The notes under the pieces were generated by a model. The model was not told the DNA's origin. It did not search any database and saw only the letters and a list, made by a program, of their open reading frames with translations. The translations under genes and the position numbers were made by a program. Shown here one piece after another: positions 41,491-51,407 of a DNA stretch of 64,000 bases. Source of the DNA: an uncultured Chloroflexia bacterium (GTDB taxonomy: Bacteria > Chloroflexota > Limnocylindria > Limnocylindrales > CSP1-4); the NCBI GenBank assembly GCA_963712745.1, contig CAVQJC010000020.1:512001-576000 (forward strand). The letters are read 5' to 3'. Within the stretch, counting starts at the first letter, position 1. Each line of letters opens with the position of its first letter.

Positions 41491-42663
41491 TCAGCCCGCG
41501 GCAGCTGCTGCGGTTCGGGTGCGGGCGCGCTCGGCGCGCGCCTGGCGCCACTGGGCCAGGGCCACGGCCGCGATGAGCAGCACGCCCAGCGCCACGCGCT
41601 GGTAGAACGTGCCCACCCCGAGCAAGGCCATGCCGTTGTTGAGCACGCCCACCAGGAGCACCGCCAGCACCGTGCCGACGATGGTGCCCTTGCCGCCGGT
41701 GGTCGCGGCGCCGCCGAGGAAGACCGCCGTGATGGCTTGCAGCTCGAAGCCGACACCGTTGATGGGATTGCCCGAGGTGGTGCGCGCAGTGAGCAGCACG
41801 CCGGCCAGCCCAGCCGTGGCGCCGCAGAGCATGTACATGCCGATCTTCATGCGCGTGAGGTTGATGCCCGCCAGGCGAGCCGCGGTGGCGTTGCCGCCGA
41901 TGGCATACACGGCGCGACCGAAGTCGGTGTACTTCATGAGCACATGGAAGAGGATGGCTACGACGATGAAGATGAGAAAGAGGATGGGCACGCCGGTCCA
42001 GGCACGCCCGCCCAACTCGGGCAGTGGCAGTTCGGGGAAGAGCCGGCCGGTGGCGAGCCACGTGTACTCGGGCTGGGTGACCACCCCGATAGGCTTTCCG
42101 TCGGGGGCGACGAGGAAGGCCAGGCCGGCGAACGCGGCCAGCGTACCCAGGGTGGCGATGATGGGATTGACATGCAGCTTGGTCACGACAAGGCCGTTGA
42201 CGATGCCGAGACCCACACCCGTGAGGATGCCGACCAGGATGGCCGCCTGCATCGAGCCCTGCACGAACGGCAGCGGGACTTCGATGTCGCCGGGGAGCGT
42301 GAGCGCACCCAAGGCAATGGCGGATGCGGCGGTAACCGAGGCCACCGAAGCGATGGACCCGACGGAGATGTCAAGCATGCCAGCGACGATGACGACGGTC
42401 TCGCCGATGGCCAGCAAGCCGACGATGACGATGGACTGGCTGAGGCTGTTCATCAGGTTCTGCCAGGAGAGGAAGAGCGGCTGCAGCCAGACGATGAGAA
42501 CGACGATGACGAGGAGCGCCAGGATCAGCGAGAGGTTGTCGACGCCGACGATATTGATGATGCGTCGCGCCGTGCTGACGTTCTCGTCGCCCGAAAACGG
42601 GGCCGGTCCGGTGCTTCCGCCACCGGCCCCGGCGCCAGCCGGGCTGGTCTGCAGCTCGCTCAC
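41491..42663 (-). CDS. Sugar ABC transporter permease (AraH/RbsC-like)
   Basis: LDISVGS, NPIIATLG, FGRAVYAIGGN and ELQAITAVFLGG motifs. Confidence 0.95.
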   Translation of the reverse strand: MSELQTSPAGAGAGGGSTGPAPFSGDENVSTARRIINIVGVDNLSLILALLVIVVLIVWLQPLFLSWQNLMNSLSQSIVIVGLLAIGETVVIVAGMLDISVGSIASVASVTAASAIALGALTLPGDIEVPLPFVQGSMQAAILVGILTGVGLGIVNGLVVTKLHVNPIIATLGTLAAFAGLAFLVAPDGKPIGVVTQPEYTWLATGRLFPELPLPELGGRAWTGVPILFLIFIVVAILFHVLMKYTDFGRAVYAIGGNATAARLAGINLTRMKIGMYMLCGATAGLAGVLLTARTTSGNPINGVGFELQAITAVFLGGAATTGGKGTIVGTVLAVLLVGVLNNGMALLGVGTFYQRVALGVLLIAAVALAQWRQARAERARTRTAAAAAG

Positions 42664-44249
42664 TTGGCCTCCCCTCCTGCCGCGGCCGCCTCGGCGGCCG
42701 CCCGACGTACCCTGAGGTGCTCGTGCATGGCCAGCTCGAGTACCTGTTCCTCGGTCGTGCCCGGTCCGGGCAGCTCGCCGGTGATGCGGCCGCCCTGCAT
42801 CACATAGATGCGGTCGGACATGCCCAGGATCTCGGGCAGCTCCGACGAGATAAGCATGATGGCGAGACCCTCGTTGGCCAGCGCGTCTATGAGCCGGTAG
42901 ATCTCCGACTTGGCGCCGACGTCGATGCCGCGGGTGGGCTCGTCGAGGATGAGCACCTTGGGCTTGGCGGCCAGCCAGCGCGCAAGCACGACCTTCTGCT
43001 GGTTGCCACCGGAGAGTTTGCCCACCTCCTGGTCGATCGAGGGCGTGCGCACGTTAAGTCGCTGCACGTACTCGGTGGCGACCTGTCGCTCCTGGCGCCG
43101 CTGCACGATGCGGAACCGAGTCAGCCGTCGGATGATGGCCAGCGTGATGTTCTCGAGCACGCTTCGGATGAGCACCAGACCTTCGCGCTTGCGGTCTTCG
43201 GGAGCGAAGCCGATGCCCTCAGAGATAGCGTTGCTGGGCTGACCGATGCTGACCTGCTTGCCGTTGATGACGACGTCGCCTGATGACTTGGGCAGCTCGC
43301 CGAAGATGACCTTGGCCAGCTCGCTCCGACCAGCTCCGATGAGGCCGGCGAAACCGACGATCTCGCCGGCCTTGATGTCGAATGAGACGCCGTTGTGCCA
43401 TAGGCTCTGGACATCGCGCACCTCGAGCACCACGCGATCGGTGGCCGCGGGATGGCGGTCGAAGACCTCGCCCAGGTCGCGCCCGACCATGTTGCGCACG
43501 ATGTCGTCCTCGGTCAGCGCGGAGGCCTGTTCGACGATGACCAGCTTGCCGTCGCGCAGGATGGCCACGCGGTCGGCGATCTGCATGATCTCGTGGAGTC
43601 GGTGGCTGACGTAGATGATGGCCACGCCCTCCGCGCGCAGCCGACGTACGAGCGTGAAGAGCTGGTCGACCTCCTCTTCGGTCAGCGATGAGGTCGGCTC
43701 ATCGAGCGCAAGGATGCGCATCCTCGATCTGACCGCGCGCATGATCTCGACCAGCTGGCGCTGGGCCGAAGACAGCTCGTCGCCCATGCGCCAGCGCGGC
43801 AGTGACCGCTCGAAGCCGTACTCCGCCAGTTCGTGGTCGACCCGCGCGTTGAGTGCGCCGCGGTCGATGAACGGCCCACGCTTGGGCAGTTCGCCGGCGA
43901 AGATGTTCTCGGCCACGTCGACGCCGGGGATGATCTCGGGCTCCTGGTAGATGACGCGGATCCCGGCCGAGCGCGCCTCTCGCGGGTTGGCGAAGTGCAG
44001 CTGCTCCCCATCGATGCTGAGCGTGCCGAGATCGGGTCGATAGTCGCCGCTAAGGATCTTCAGCAGTGTCGACTTGCCGGCTCCGTTCTCGCCGAGGAAG
44101 GCGAGCACCTCGCCGGGTCGGACGTCGAGCGAGACGTCGTCGAGGGCCTGGACGTTGGGAAAAGCCTTGCTGACGTGGCGGATCTCGAGGACGCCGGAAC
44201 CGACGTTTGGCTCGGCTGCGGAGGCCTCGGGAGGCGCGGTCAGGGTCAT
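42660..44249 (-). CDS. Sugar ABC transporter ATPase (AraG/RbsA-like)
   Basis: GENGAGKST, LDEPT x2 and LSGGNQQK motifs. Confidence 0.96.
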   Translation of the reverse strand: MTLTAPPEASAAEPNVGSGVLEIRHVSKAFPNVQALDDVSLDVRPGEVLAFLGENGAGKSTLLKILSGDYRPDLGTLSIDGEQLHFANPREARSAGIRVIYQEPEIIPGVDVAENIFAGELPKRGPFIDRGALNARVDHELAEYGFERSLPRWRMGDELSSAQRQLVEIMRAVRSRMRILALDEPTSSLTEEEVDQLFTLVRRLRAEGVAIIYVSHRLHEIMQIADRVAILRDGKLVIVEQASALTEDDIVRNMVGRDLGEVFDRHPAATDRVVLEVRDVQSLWHNGVSFDIKAGEIVGFAGLIGAGRSELAKVIFGELPKSSGDVVINGKQVSIGQPSNAISEGIGFAPEDRKREGLVLIRSVLENITLAIIRRLTRFRIVQRRQERQVATEYVQRLNVRTPSIDQEVGKLSGGNQQKVVLARWLAAKPKVLILDEPTRGIDVGAKSEIYRLIDALANEGLAIMLISSELPEILGMSDRIYVMQGGRITGELPGPGTTEEQVLELAMHEHLRVRRAAAEAAAAGGEAK

Positions 44250-44271
44250 GCGTTCACCGGAGGTGTGAGGA

Positions 44272-44316
44272 GGCGGTCGCGCGGGCCCGGATCGAGCCAG
44301 GCTCCGCGCGACCGCC
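44272..44316. other. Intercistronic stem-loop after the substrate-binding protein gene
   Basis: 13-bp stem GGCGGTCGCGCGG/CCGCGCGACCGCC, at the position typical of mRNA-stabilising hairpins in ABC operons. Confidence 0.6.
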
Positions 44317-44329
44317 GTTCCAGGACTGG

Positions 44330-45343
44330 CTACTGCGAGCAGTTGGCCAGGGATTCAGGGGTGAAGATATCGGTGTACGTCGTGGGGTCCACGATCGAGG
44401 TGGGAGCGATGGTGAAGGCCGGCAGATCAACGCCGTTGACGACGTTCTCGTACAGGACCTCGGCAGCCGACGCTCCGACGTCCAGGCCGGAGATGTACAG
44501 CGCAGCCTTGAACCCGCTGGGCTGATCGGCAGCCCAGAACTTGCAGGCCTCGTAGGCCCCAAGGCCGACGCCCAGGATGTTGTCGGGTGAGACGCCCTGC
44601 GTGGCGAGCGCGTTCAGGACGGCGAGAACGCCTTCGTCATTGCAGGCGAAGACGACCCAGTGGGTCACGTCGGGATGGGCGGTGATGACGGGGCCGGCCT
44701 TGTCCTGCGCATCGGGTGACTCGCCCGTGTACTGGACCTGGAAGATCGACTCGGCCGGAACGCCGACATCGAGCATGGCCTGCTTGGACGCGTTGGTGCG
44801 ATCCTCGCAGACGGACAGCGTCGGGACCTCGGTCGACAGGACGCCGAGGGTGATCGCCTCGTCCTCGAGCCAGCCACCTTCGGTCAGCAGGCGCGCGGCC
44901 TCTGCGCCCACCTTGGCGCCCATGTCGGGGCCGCTGAAGCCCACGAAGGGGACGGGGTTCCCAGCGGAATCCACGATGCTATCGTCGGTCGCCACGAGGG
45001 CGACGCCGGCCGCCGCGGCGGCGTCCGAGATAGCCGGGCCGATGGTCTGGTCGGGCACGGTGATGGCGATGCCGGCCGCGCCGGCGGAGATGGCGTCGTT
45101 CACGAGGTTGACACCCAGGCTCGGATCGAGCTTGGCGTCGGCCTTGAGTGACGTGGCGCCGAGCTCGGCGGCCTTGGCTTCGAACGAATTCTGCAGGTCG
45201 ATGAAGTACTGCTGGTCTGCGCTCTTGTTGATGACGTAAAGCAGCGGGGCCTCGTCCTGCGCGACCGCCGGCAGGGCGGAAGCGGTCAGGAGCGCGGCGC
45301 CACCCAGGGCGACCAGGGTCTTCTTGAAGCGAGAGTCAACCAC
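44330..45343 (-). CDS. Sugar ABC substrate-binding protein (AraF-like)
   Basis: Signal peptide ending AVA|QDE; INKS..YF, ATDD, R and CNDEG motifs. GTG 45343 has the better-spaced SD (alternative start 45358). Confidence 0.88.
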   Translation of the reverse strand: MVDSRFKKTLVALGGAALLTASALPAVAQDEAPLLYVINKSADQQYFIDLQNSFEAKAAELGATSLKADAKLDPSLGVNLVNDAISAGAAGIAITVPDQTIGPAISDAAAAAGVALVATDDSIVDSAGNPVPFVGFSGPDMGAKVGAEAARLLTEGGWLEDEAITLGVLSTEVPTLSVCEDRTNASKQAMLDVGVPAESIFQVQYTGESPDAQDKAGPVITAHPDVTHWVVFACNDEGVLAVLNALATQGVSPDNILGVGLGAYEACKFWAADQPSGFKAALYISGLDVGASAAEVLYENVVNGVDLPAFTIAPTSIVDPTTYTDIFTPESLANCSQ

Positions 45344-45494
45344 GAGCGATTCCTCCATTCCTCCGAAAGGGTTGGCTGGGACGTGTCGATGTTACCTGTT
45401 TCCAACACGAAACAACACGTTCTCTGGCAGATTACGTCCGAAGGTGCCCTCCTTCTGTTTCGACGGCGCGCTGTCCCTTCTCACCGGCCGCCTG

Positions 45495-45524
45495 GAAAGG
45501 TACGATTGGTCAGAACCAATCTGC
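45495..45524. promoter_or_regulatory. Palindromic operator between the divergent ABC and DUF5107 operons
   Basis: GATTGGT-CAGA-ACCAATC (45504-45521), adjacent to a TACCTT -10 on the minus strand; flanks identical to 20464-20493. Confidence 0.65.
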
Positions 45525-45649
45525 CGGGATTGTCTAACAGTCGCCGTTGAGAAGCAACCCTGACAGGGCCGACGGTCACCTGGTCGCCAGCCAGAAGGGG
45601 CTGGCACTGGCGACGGCGGCCCACGCCGATAGAGCGGACAGGAGGATCG

Positions 45650-48600
45650 ATGGAGCAGACCCCGCTGCGACTGCCCGAGCGGCCCCGGCACCTGCGCGAC
45701 CGCGACGTCGCCGCCTGGTCCGAGCCGGTGGTCATCGACACGTATCCGACGCCCGCGCCCGACCGCAATCCACTCTTCCTCGAGAACCGCGTGTACCAGG
45801 GCTCGTCTGGTCGGGTCTATCCCAACCCTGTCACCGACCGCGTCTCGGATATGGCGGTGCCCACGTCCTGGGAGGCGGTCCACCTCGAGAACGAGTACCT
45901 GCGCGTGATGATCCTGCCCCAGATCGGCGGCCGCATCCACGTGGTCCAGGACCGCCAGACCGGCTACGACGTCTTCTACCGCCAGAACGTCATCAAGCCG
46001 GCCCTGGTGGGGCTGCTGGGTCCGTGGATCTCCGGCGGCGTCGAGTTCAACTGGCCCCAGCATCACAGGCCTTCCACCTTCATGCCGACCGACTACGAGA
46101 TCGAGTCGCTGCCCGACGGCGGGGCCGTGGCGTGGTGCTCCGAGCACGAGCCCACCGATCGCATGAAGGGTATGCACGGCGTGGTCCTGCGGCCCGCCTC
46201 GTCGGTGCTGGAGCTGGCGGTCAGGCTGGGCAACCGGACCCCGCTGGTGCAGACGTTCCTGTGGTGGGCCAATGCGGCGGTGCGCGTGCACGACGACTAC
46301 GAGGCCTACTTCCCCCCGGACGTGACCTACGTGGCTGACCATGCGCGGCGCGCGATGTCTACGTTCCCTTGCGCTGAGGGCCGCTACTACGGCGTCGACT
46401 ACGGGTCGCGCCCTGCGCGCGATGCGGACCTGCGCTGGTACCGCAACATCCCTGTGCCTACGTCCTACATGGCCATGGGCACGGCGGCGGACTTCTTCGG
46501 CGGCTACGACCACGCTGCAGGCGAGGGCTTCGTCCACTGGGCCGACCACACCATCAGCCCGGGCAAGAAGCTGTGGACCTGGGGCAACCACGAGTTCGGC
46601 TACGCCTGGGACCGTGAGCTGACCGACCAGGATGGTCCCTACGTCGAGCTCATGGCGGGCGTGTTCACCGACAACCAGCCCGACTTCGGGTTCCTGCTTC
46701 CGGGCGAGGTGCGCACGTTCAGCCAGTACTGGTATCCGCTCGTCGGCACCGGGCCGGTACAGGCGGCCAACCTCGACGCCGCCGTGCGCCTCTCACGAGG
46801 GGCCGGCGTCGCCCATATCGGCGTGGCGGTGACGCGCCCGCGCGACGGGGCCACCGTGCGCCTCACCGAGCGGGGTCGGCCGATCTTCGAGCGCACCGTG
46901 GACCTTGCCCCAGGATCACCGTTCCTGGCCGGGGACATCGCGCTCGGCGAAGGCGCCAGGACGGCCGAGCTGCACCTGGCCGTGCTCCACGACGGGAGGG
47001 AGCTCATCAGCTACCAGCCCGCAGTGCGGCGTCGGGGCGATCCGCCTCCACCGGCTACCGAGCCGCCGCCGCCGGCCGAGGTCGAGACGCTCGAGGAGCT
47101 GTGGCTCACGGGCATGCACCTGCAGCAGTACCGCCACGCCACGCGCCGGCCAGAGGCCTACTACCGCGAAGCTCTGCGGCGGGACCCAGGCGACAGCCGC
47201 AGCAACACGGCCATGGGCGAGTGGCACCTACGCCACGGCGAGTACGCCCAGGCGGAGCAGCATCTGCGGGCAGCGCTGGAGCGACTGTCGGTGCGCAACG
47301 CCAACCCGCGGGACGGCGAGGCCAGCTACCTGCTGGGCGTGACACTGCGACTGGCCGGGCGCCCTGGCGAGGCGGACGAGGCCTTCGGCAAGGCCGGCTG
47401 GAACGGCGCGTTCGGAGCAGCATCCGATATCGCGCGGGCGGAGATCGCCTCGGCGCGAGGGGACACTGGCGCGGCCATGGCCCTGCTCGAGCGAGCGCTC
47501 CGCTCCAACGGCGCCGAACCCGGAGCCCTCGGCCTGCGAGCCGCTCTCCTGCGGCGCGGGGGTCGAACGACCGACGCGCGCGAGGCTGTGGCTTCGATGC
47601 TGGCCGCCGATCCGCTCGACATCCGCGCACTCCATGAGCGCGCCCTGCTCGATGGGGCCGATGGCCCGTTGCCGGGCGGTGCCCAGGCCGCCCTCGACAT
47701 CGCCCATGACGAGGCCCGCGCGGGGCTGCTCGAAGAGGCAGTCGATGCCCTGGAGCGCGCCATCGAGGCCGGCCCCGGCCCCGGGCACGCGCCACTGCTG
47801 CACTACACGCTGGCCTGGCTCGAAGCGCAGCGCGGGGACCATGCGGCAGCTTCACGCGAGCTGCGACTGGCGCGGAAGGTTGCTCCCGACTACGCCATGC
47901 CGGCCCGCCTCGAAGAGATCGCCGTGCTCGAGTGGGCCATCGGGCAAGATCCGTCCGACGCACACGCCCCCTACTACCTGGGCAACCTGCTCTACGACAA
48001 GCGGCGCTATCACGACGCCATCGCCGCCTGGCGACGCGCGGCCCGGCTGGACCCGGACTTCGCGACCGTGCACCGGAACCTGGGCATCGCCGAAACCAAC
48101 GTGCTCCACCGGCCGGAAAGGGCGCTGAGCGAGTATCGCAAGGCCTACCGGGCCGATCCAAGCGACGCCCGAGTGCTCTACGAGCTCGACCAGCTGCGAA
48201 AACGTCTGGGGCACGACCCTTGGGCCAGGCTGCGAGGGTTGGAGGCGGCGCTTGACGTCGTCGACGAGCGTGATGACCTCACCGTCGAGTTCGTGACCCT
48301 GCTCAACCTCGCCGGTCGCCACGGTGAAGCCGCCGAGATCCTCTGCGAGCGACGCTTCCACCCCTGGGAAGGCGGCGAGGGCCTGGTCTCGGAGCAGTGG
48401 GTCGTGGCACGGCGAGAACGCGCCCGTGCGCTCAGGGAGTCGGGCCAGCCCGCGCTCGCCGCCGAGCTCCTGCGCCTGGCCATGGTCTATCCGCCGAACC
48501 TCGGCGAGGGCAAGCACCTGCTGACGCCGGAGAACGAGCTGCAGTACCTGCTCGGTGAGTGTCTTCGCGATGCTGGCGAATGGGACGAAGCGAACGCATG

Positions 48601-48979
48601 GTTCCGGCGGGCGGCCCAACTGCAGGGCGACCCGGGTGCGCCCGCGGGCGACGGCCCCTACTGGCAGGCGCTGGCCCTGCGCGCCCTGGGTGATGACGTT
48701 GCGGCCGAATCACGCTTGACCGCGCTGGCCGATGCTGCCGCCGCGCAGGCGCGAACCGAGGTCACCATCCCCTATTTCGCCACGTCGCTGCCCACGTTGC
48801 TGCTGTTCGACGACGACCTCTCCGAGCGGGCCCACCAGGAGGCGGCCTACCTCGAAGGACTGGCGCTGATGGGCCGGGGCCAGACGAAGGCCGCCGCCAG
48901 CCGCTTCCGGGCGCTGCTCGCAGCCCGTCCCGACCATCTTGATGCCGCCCTGCGCCTCGCCGAGCTCGAGCGAGGCTGA
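45650..48979 (+). CDS. DUF5107/TPR protein (YphG-like)
   Basis: RVYQGSSGRVYP, LENEYL, IKPALVGLLGPWISGGVEFNWPQHH, GKKLWTWG, TPR array and FHPWEGGEG. Confidence 0.88.
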   Translation: MEQTPLRLPERPRHLRDRDVAAWSEPVVIDTYPTPAPDRNPLFLENRVYQGSSGRVYPNPVTDRVSDMAVPTSWEAVHLENEYLRVMILPQIGGRIHVVQDRQTGYDVFYRQNVIKPALVGLLGPWISGGVEFNWPQHHRPSTFMPTDYEIESLPDGGAVAWCSEHEPTDRMKGMHGVVLRPASSVLELAVRLGNRTPLVQTFLWWANAAVRVHDDYEAYFPPDVTYVADHARRAMSTFPCAEGRYYGVDYGSRPARDADLRWYRNIPVPTSYMAMGTAADFFGGYDHAAGEGFVHWADHTISPGKKLWTWGNHEFGYAWDRELTDQDGPYVELMAGVFTDNQPDFGFLLPGEVRTFSQYWYPLVGTGPVQAANLDAAVRLSRGAGVAHIGVAVTRPRDGATVRLTERGRPIFERTVDLAPGSPFLAGDIALGEGARTAELHLAVLHDGRELISYQPAVRRRGDPPPPATEPPPPAEVETLEELWLTGMHLQQYRHATRRPEAYYREALRRDPGDSRSNTAMGEWHLRHGEYAQAEQHLRAALERLSVRNANPRDGEASYLLGVTLRLAGRPGEADEAFGKAGWNGAFGAASDIARAEIASARGDTGAAMALLERALRSNGAEPGALGLRAALLRRGGRTTDAREAVASMLAADPLDIRALHERALLDGADGPLPGGAQAALDIAHDEARAGLLEEAVDALERAIEAGPGPGHAPLLHYTLAWLEAQRGDHAAASRELRLARKVAPDYAMPARLEEIAVLEWAIGQDPSDAHAPYYLGNLLYDKRRYHDAIAAWRRAARLDPDFATVHRNLGIAETNVLHRPERALSEYRKAYRADPSDARVLYELDQLRKRLGHDPWARLRGLEAALDVVDERDDLTVEFVTLLNLAGRHGEAAEILCERRFHPWEGGEGLVSEQWVVARRERARALRESGQPALAAELLRLAMVYPPNLGEGKHLLTPENELQYLLGECLRDAGEWDEANAWFRRAAQLQGDPGAPAGDGPYWQALALRALGDDVAAESRLTALADAAAAQARTEVTIPYFATSLPTLLLFDDDLSERAHQEAAYLEGLALMGRGQTKAAASRFRALLAARPDHLDAALRLAELERG

Positions 48980-49035
48980 TCGGCCCGCGCTACGCTGGAG
49001 CCACATTCAACGACAGCCTATCTGGGAGGGATCCG

Positions 49036-49683
49036 ATGGACAGCATCCTCGAACGGATCGCACAGGCCGGAGTCGTCCCGGTCGTCGTCATCGACGACCC
49101 TGCGGACGCGTCGGCGCTGGTGGGCGCGCTGGCCGAGGGGGGCCTGCCCCTGGCCGAGATCACATTCCGCACGGCCGCCGCCGAGGATGCCATCCGGGCC
49201 GCGGTCGCAGATCACCCCGACGTGCTCGTGGGAGCCGGCTCCGTGCTGTCGCTCGAGCAGGTCGATGCCGCAGTCGCAGCCGGCGCCAGCTTCGTGGTCA
49301 GCCCCGGTCTCGAGGAGAACGTGGTGCGTCGCACCCTTGACCACGGCGTCCTGGCGCTGCCCGGCTGTGCCACCGCCAGCGACCTCATGCGCGCGCGCCT
49401 GCTGGGGCTGGACGTGGTCAAGTTCTTCCCGGCCGAGCCGAGCGGCGGACTGCCCATGATCAAGGCCGTGGCGGCGCCATTCCCGGGCCTGCGCTTCGTT
49501 CCCACCGGCGGAGTCAACACCACCAATCTCGAGGAGTACCTGGCCGACCCGCGCATCCTCGCGGTGGGCGGCTCGTGGATGGTCAAGCCGGCCATGATCA
49601 AGGCCAGGGACTGGACCGGCATCACCGCCGCTGCTCGCGCGGCAGTGGCAGCCGTGCGCCGGGCACGCAGCGGCCGCGCATAG
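49036..49683 (+). CDS. eda: KDPG/KHG aldolase
   Basis: EITFR, GAGSV, VSPG, KFFPA and PTGGV motifs. Confidence 0.92.
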   Translation: MDSILERIAQAGVVPVVVIDDPADASALVGALAEGGLPLAEITFRTAAAEDAIRAAVADHPDVLVGAGSVLSLEQVDAAVAAGASFVVSPGLEENVVRRTLDHGVLALPGCATASDLMRARLLGLDVVKFFPAEPSGGLPMIKAVAAPFPGLRFVPTGGVNTTNLEEYLADPRILAVGGSWMVKPAMIKARDWTGITAAARAAVAAVRRARSGRA

Positions 49684-49734
49684 GCTCTGCCCGGGCGGAC
49701 GCCTCCGCCGCAGCGCGGCACGAAGCCGACAGGC

Positions 49735-50367
49735 CTAGCGAGCCACCGAGGCCGTCACCTGACGCGCCCGCTCGGTCACTCCAGCCGGGTCGCCGTCGCC
49801 GATGAGCCAGCCGCCCATGCCCACGGCCACTGCTCCTGCAGCGATCCAGTCACCGGCCGTCTCTGCAGAGACGCCACCGGTGGGCACGAACGGGATACCC
49901 GGGAACGGCCCTGAGATCTGCTTGAGGTAGGCGGTGCCGACGGCGGCAGCGGGAAACAGCTTCACCGCGCTCGCCCCAGCCGACCAGGCAGCATGGATCT
50001 CCGTCGGCGACAAGGCTCCCGGGAAACATGGCACGGCATTGAGCGCACACCAGGTGATGAGCTCGGTGTCGGTGTGGGGTGAGACGATGAATCTCGCACC
50101 GGCGTCGACCGCTCGCTTGGCCGCTCCGATCGAGAGCACCGTGCCCGCCCCCACCAGGGCATCAAGATCGTCGGCCACGCCTGCGAGTGCCTCGATCGCC
50201 CGCAGCGCGTCCTGCTCGGGCTCGTTCAGCGTCAGCTCCATGACGTGGACGCCACCGGCTAGCAGCGATTCGCCGATGCGGGGAGCGGCGGCGGCGGCGA
50301 TATTGCGCCCGATGGCGATGACCCTGCTGTCACTGACGAGCTCGGGGATCGGCGGACGGTCGGTCAT
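49735..50367 (-). CDS. Second KDPG/KDPGal-type aldolase
   Basis: ELTLN, GAGTV, VSPH, SPTE, KLFPA and PTGGV motifs; ATG 50367. Confidence 0.88.
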   Translation of the reverse strand: MTDRPPIPELVSDSRVIAIGRNIAAAAAPRIGESLLAGGVHVMELTLNEPEQDALRAIEALAGVADDLDALVGAGTVLSIGAAKRAVDAGARFIVSPHTDTELITWCALNAVPCFPGALSPTEIHAAWSAGASAVKLFPAAAVGTAYLKQISGPFPGIPFVPTGGVSAETAGDWIAAGAVAVGMGGWLIGDGDPAGVTERARQVTASVAR

Positions 50368-50462
50368 GTCGGCTCCGGGTCTCGGAGGTGTTCGGTGAAT
50401 GGCACCATCGTGCCAGAGAAGGCCCACACCAGCGCGCGACCCGACCCGCACCGGAGGACGAC

Positions 50463-51348
50463 ATGCCCCCACGTACGCTTCCCGCTCCTCAGGATCCTCT
50501 ACCAGCACGATGCCTTGGTGGGCGAGGGGCCCGTGTGGGATCCGCGCATCGGCAGGCTCGTCTGGGTCGACATCCCCAACAACCAGGTCTTCACCACCGA
50601 CCCCAACACCGGTCAGACCGCGAGCCGGCAGTTGGACCGCGCGGTCGGCGTGGTCCTGCCGCGCGCCTCGGGCGGCTACGTGGCGGCCCTGCAGGACGGC
50701 TTCTACACGCTGCCTGACGAAGGCGAGCCCGAGCTCATCGCGCCGGTCGAGGCAGACGACCCCACCACCCGCCTGAACGACGGTGAGACCGACCCGCAAG
50801 GCCGCTTCTGGGCCGGCACGATGGGCTGGCAGGCGGAGCCGGAGGCAGGCACGCTCTACCGCCTCGATCCCGACGGCACGGTCAGCCGCATGGTCGATGG
50901 CATCACCATCAGCAACGGTCTCGGCTGGAGCCCCGAAGGCACGACGATGTACTACGTCGACACCCCTACCCTGCGGGTCGACATGTTCGACTACGACCCG
51001 GCCAGCGGCGACATCACCAACCGGCGGGAGTTCGTGACCATCCGCCACGGCGGCGGCAGGCCCGACGGCCTGACGGTCGACAGCGAGGGTGCCGTGTGGG
51101 TCGCGACCTGGCCCGGCTACGGCGTCCACCGCTACCTGCCTGACGGCTCGCTCGACGCGGTCATCCCGCTGCCGGTCTCCAACGTCTCGAGCATCGAACT
51201 GGGCGGGCCCGACCTGCGCGACGCCTTCATCACCACCGCCTGGGAGCTGCTTTCCGAGGAGGAGCACGCGGCCCAGCCGCTGGCCGGCAGCCTCTTCCAC
51301 ACTCGGGTCGATGTGCCTGGGCGGCCACGCGTGCCGTTCGCGGGCTGA
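50463..51348 (+). CDS. SMP-30/gluconolactonase-family sugar lactonase (apparent +1 frameshift near 50490)
   Basis: GEGPVWD, RLNDG..GRFWAGTM, SNGLGWSP and PDGLTVD motifs. The GGAGG-ATG start at 50463 is one base out of frame with the domain. Confidence 0.85.
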
Positions 51349-51407
51349 GGCGGGCCGGCGGAGGGCTCTTCTTCGGGGCCGATCGGCTATCCCGCCGGGC
51401 AGAAGGG

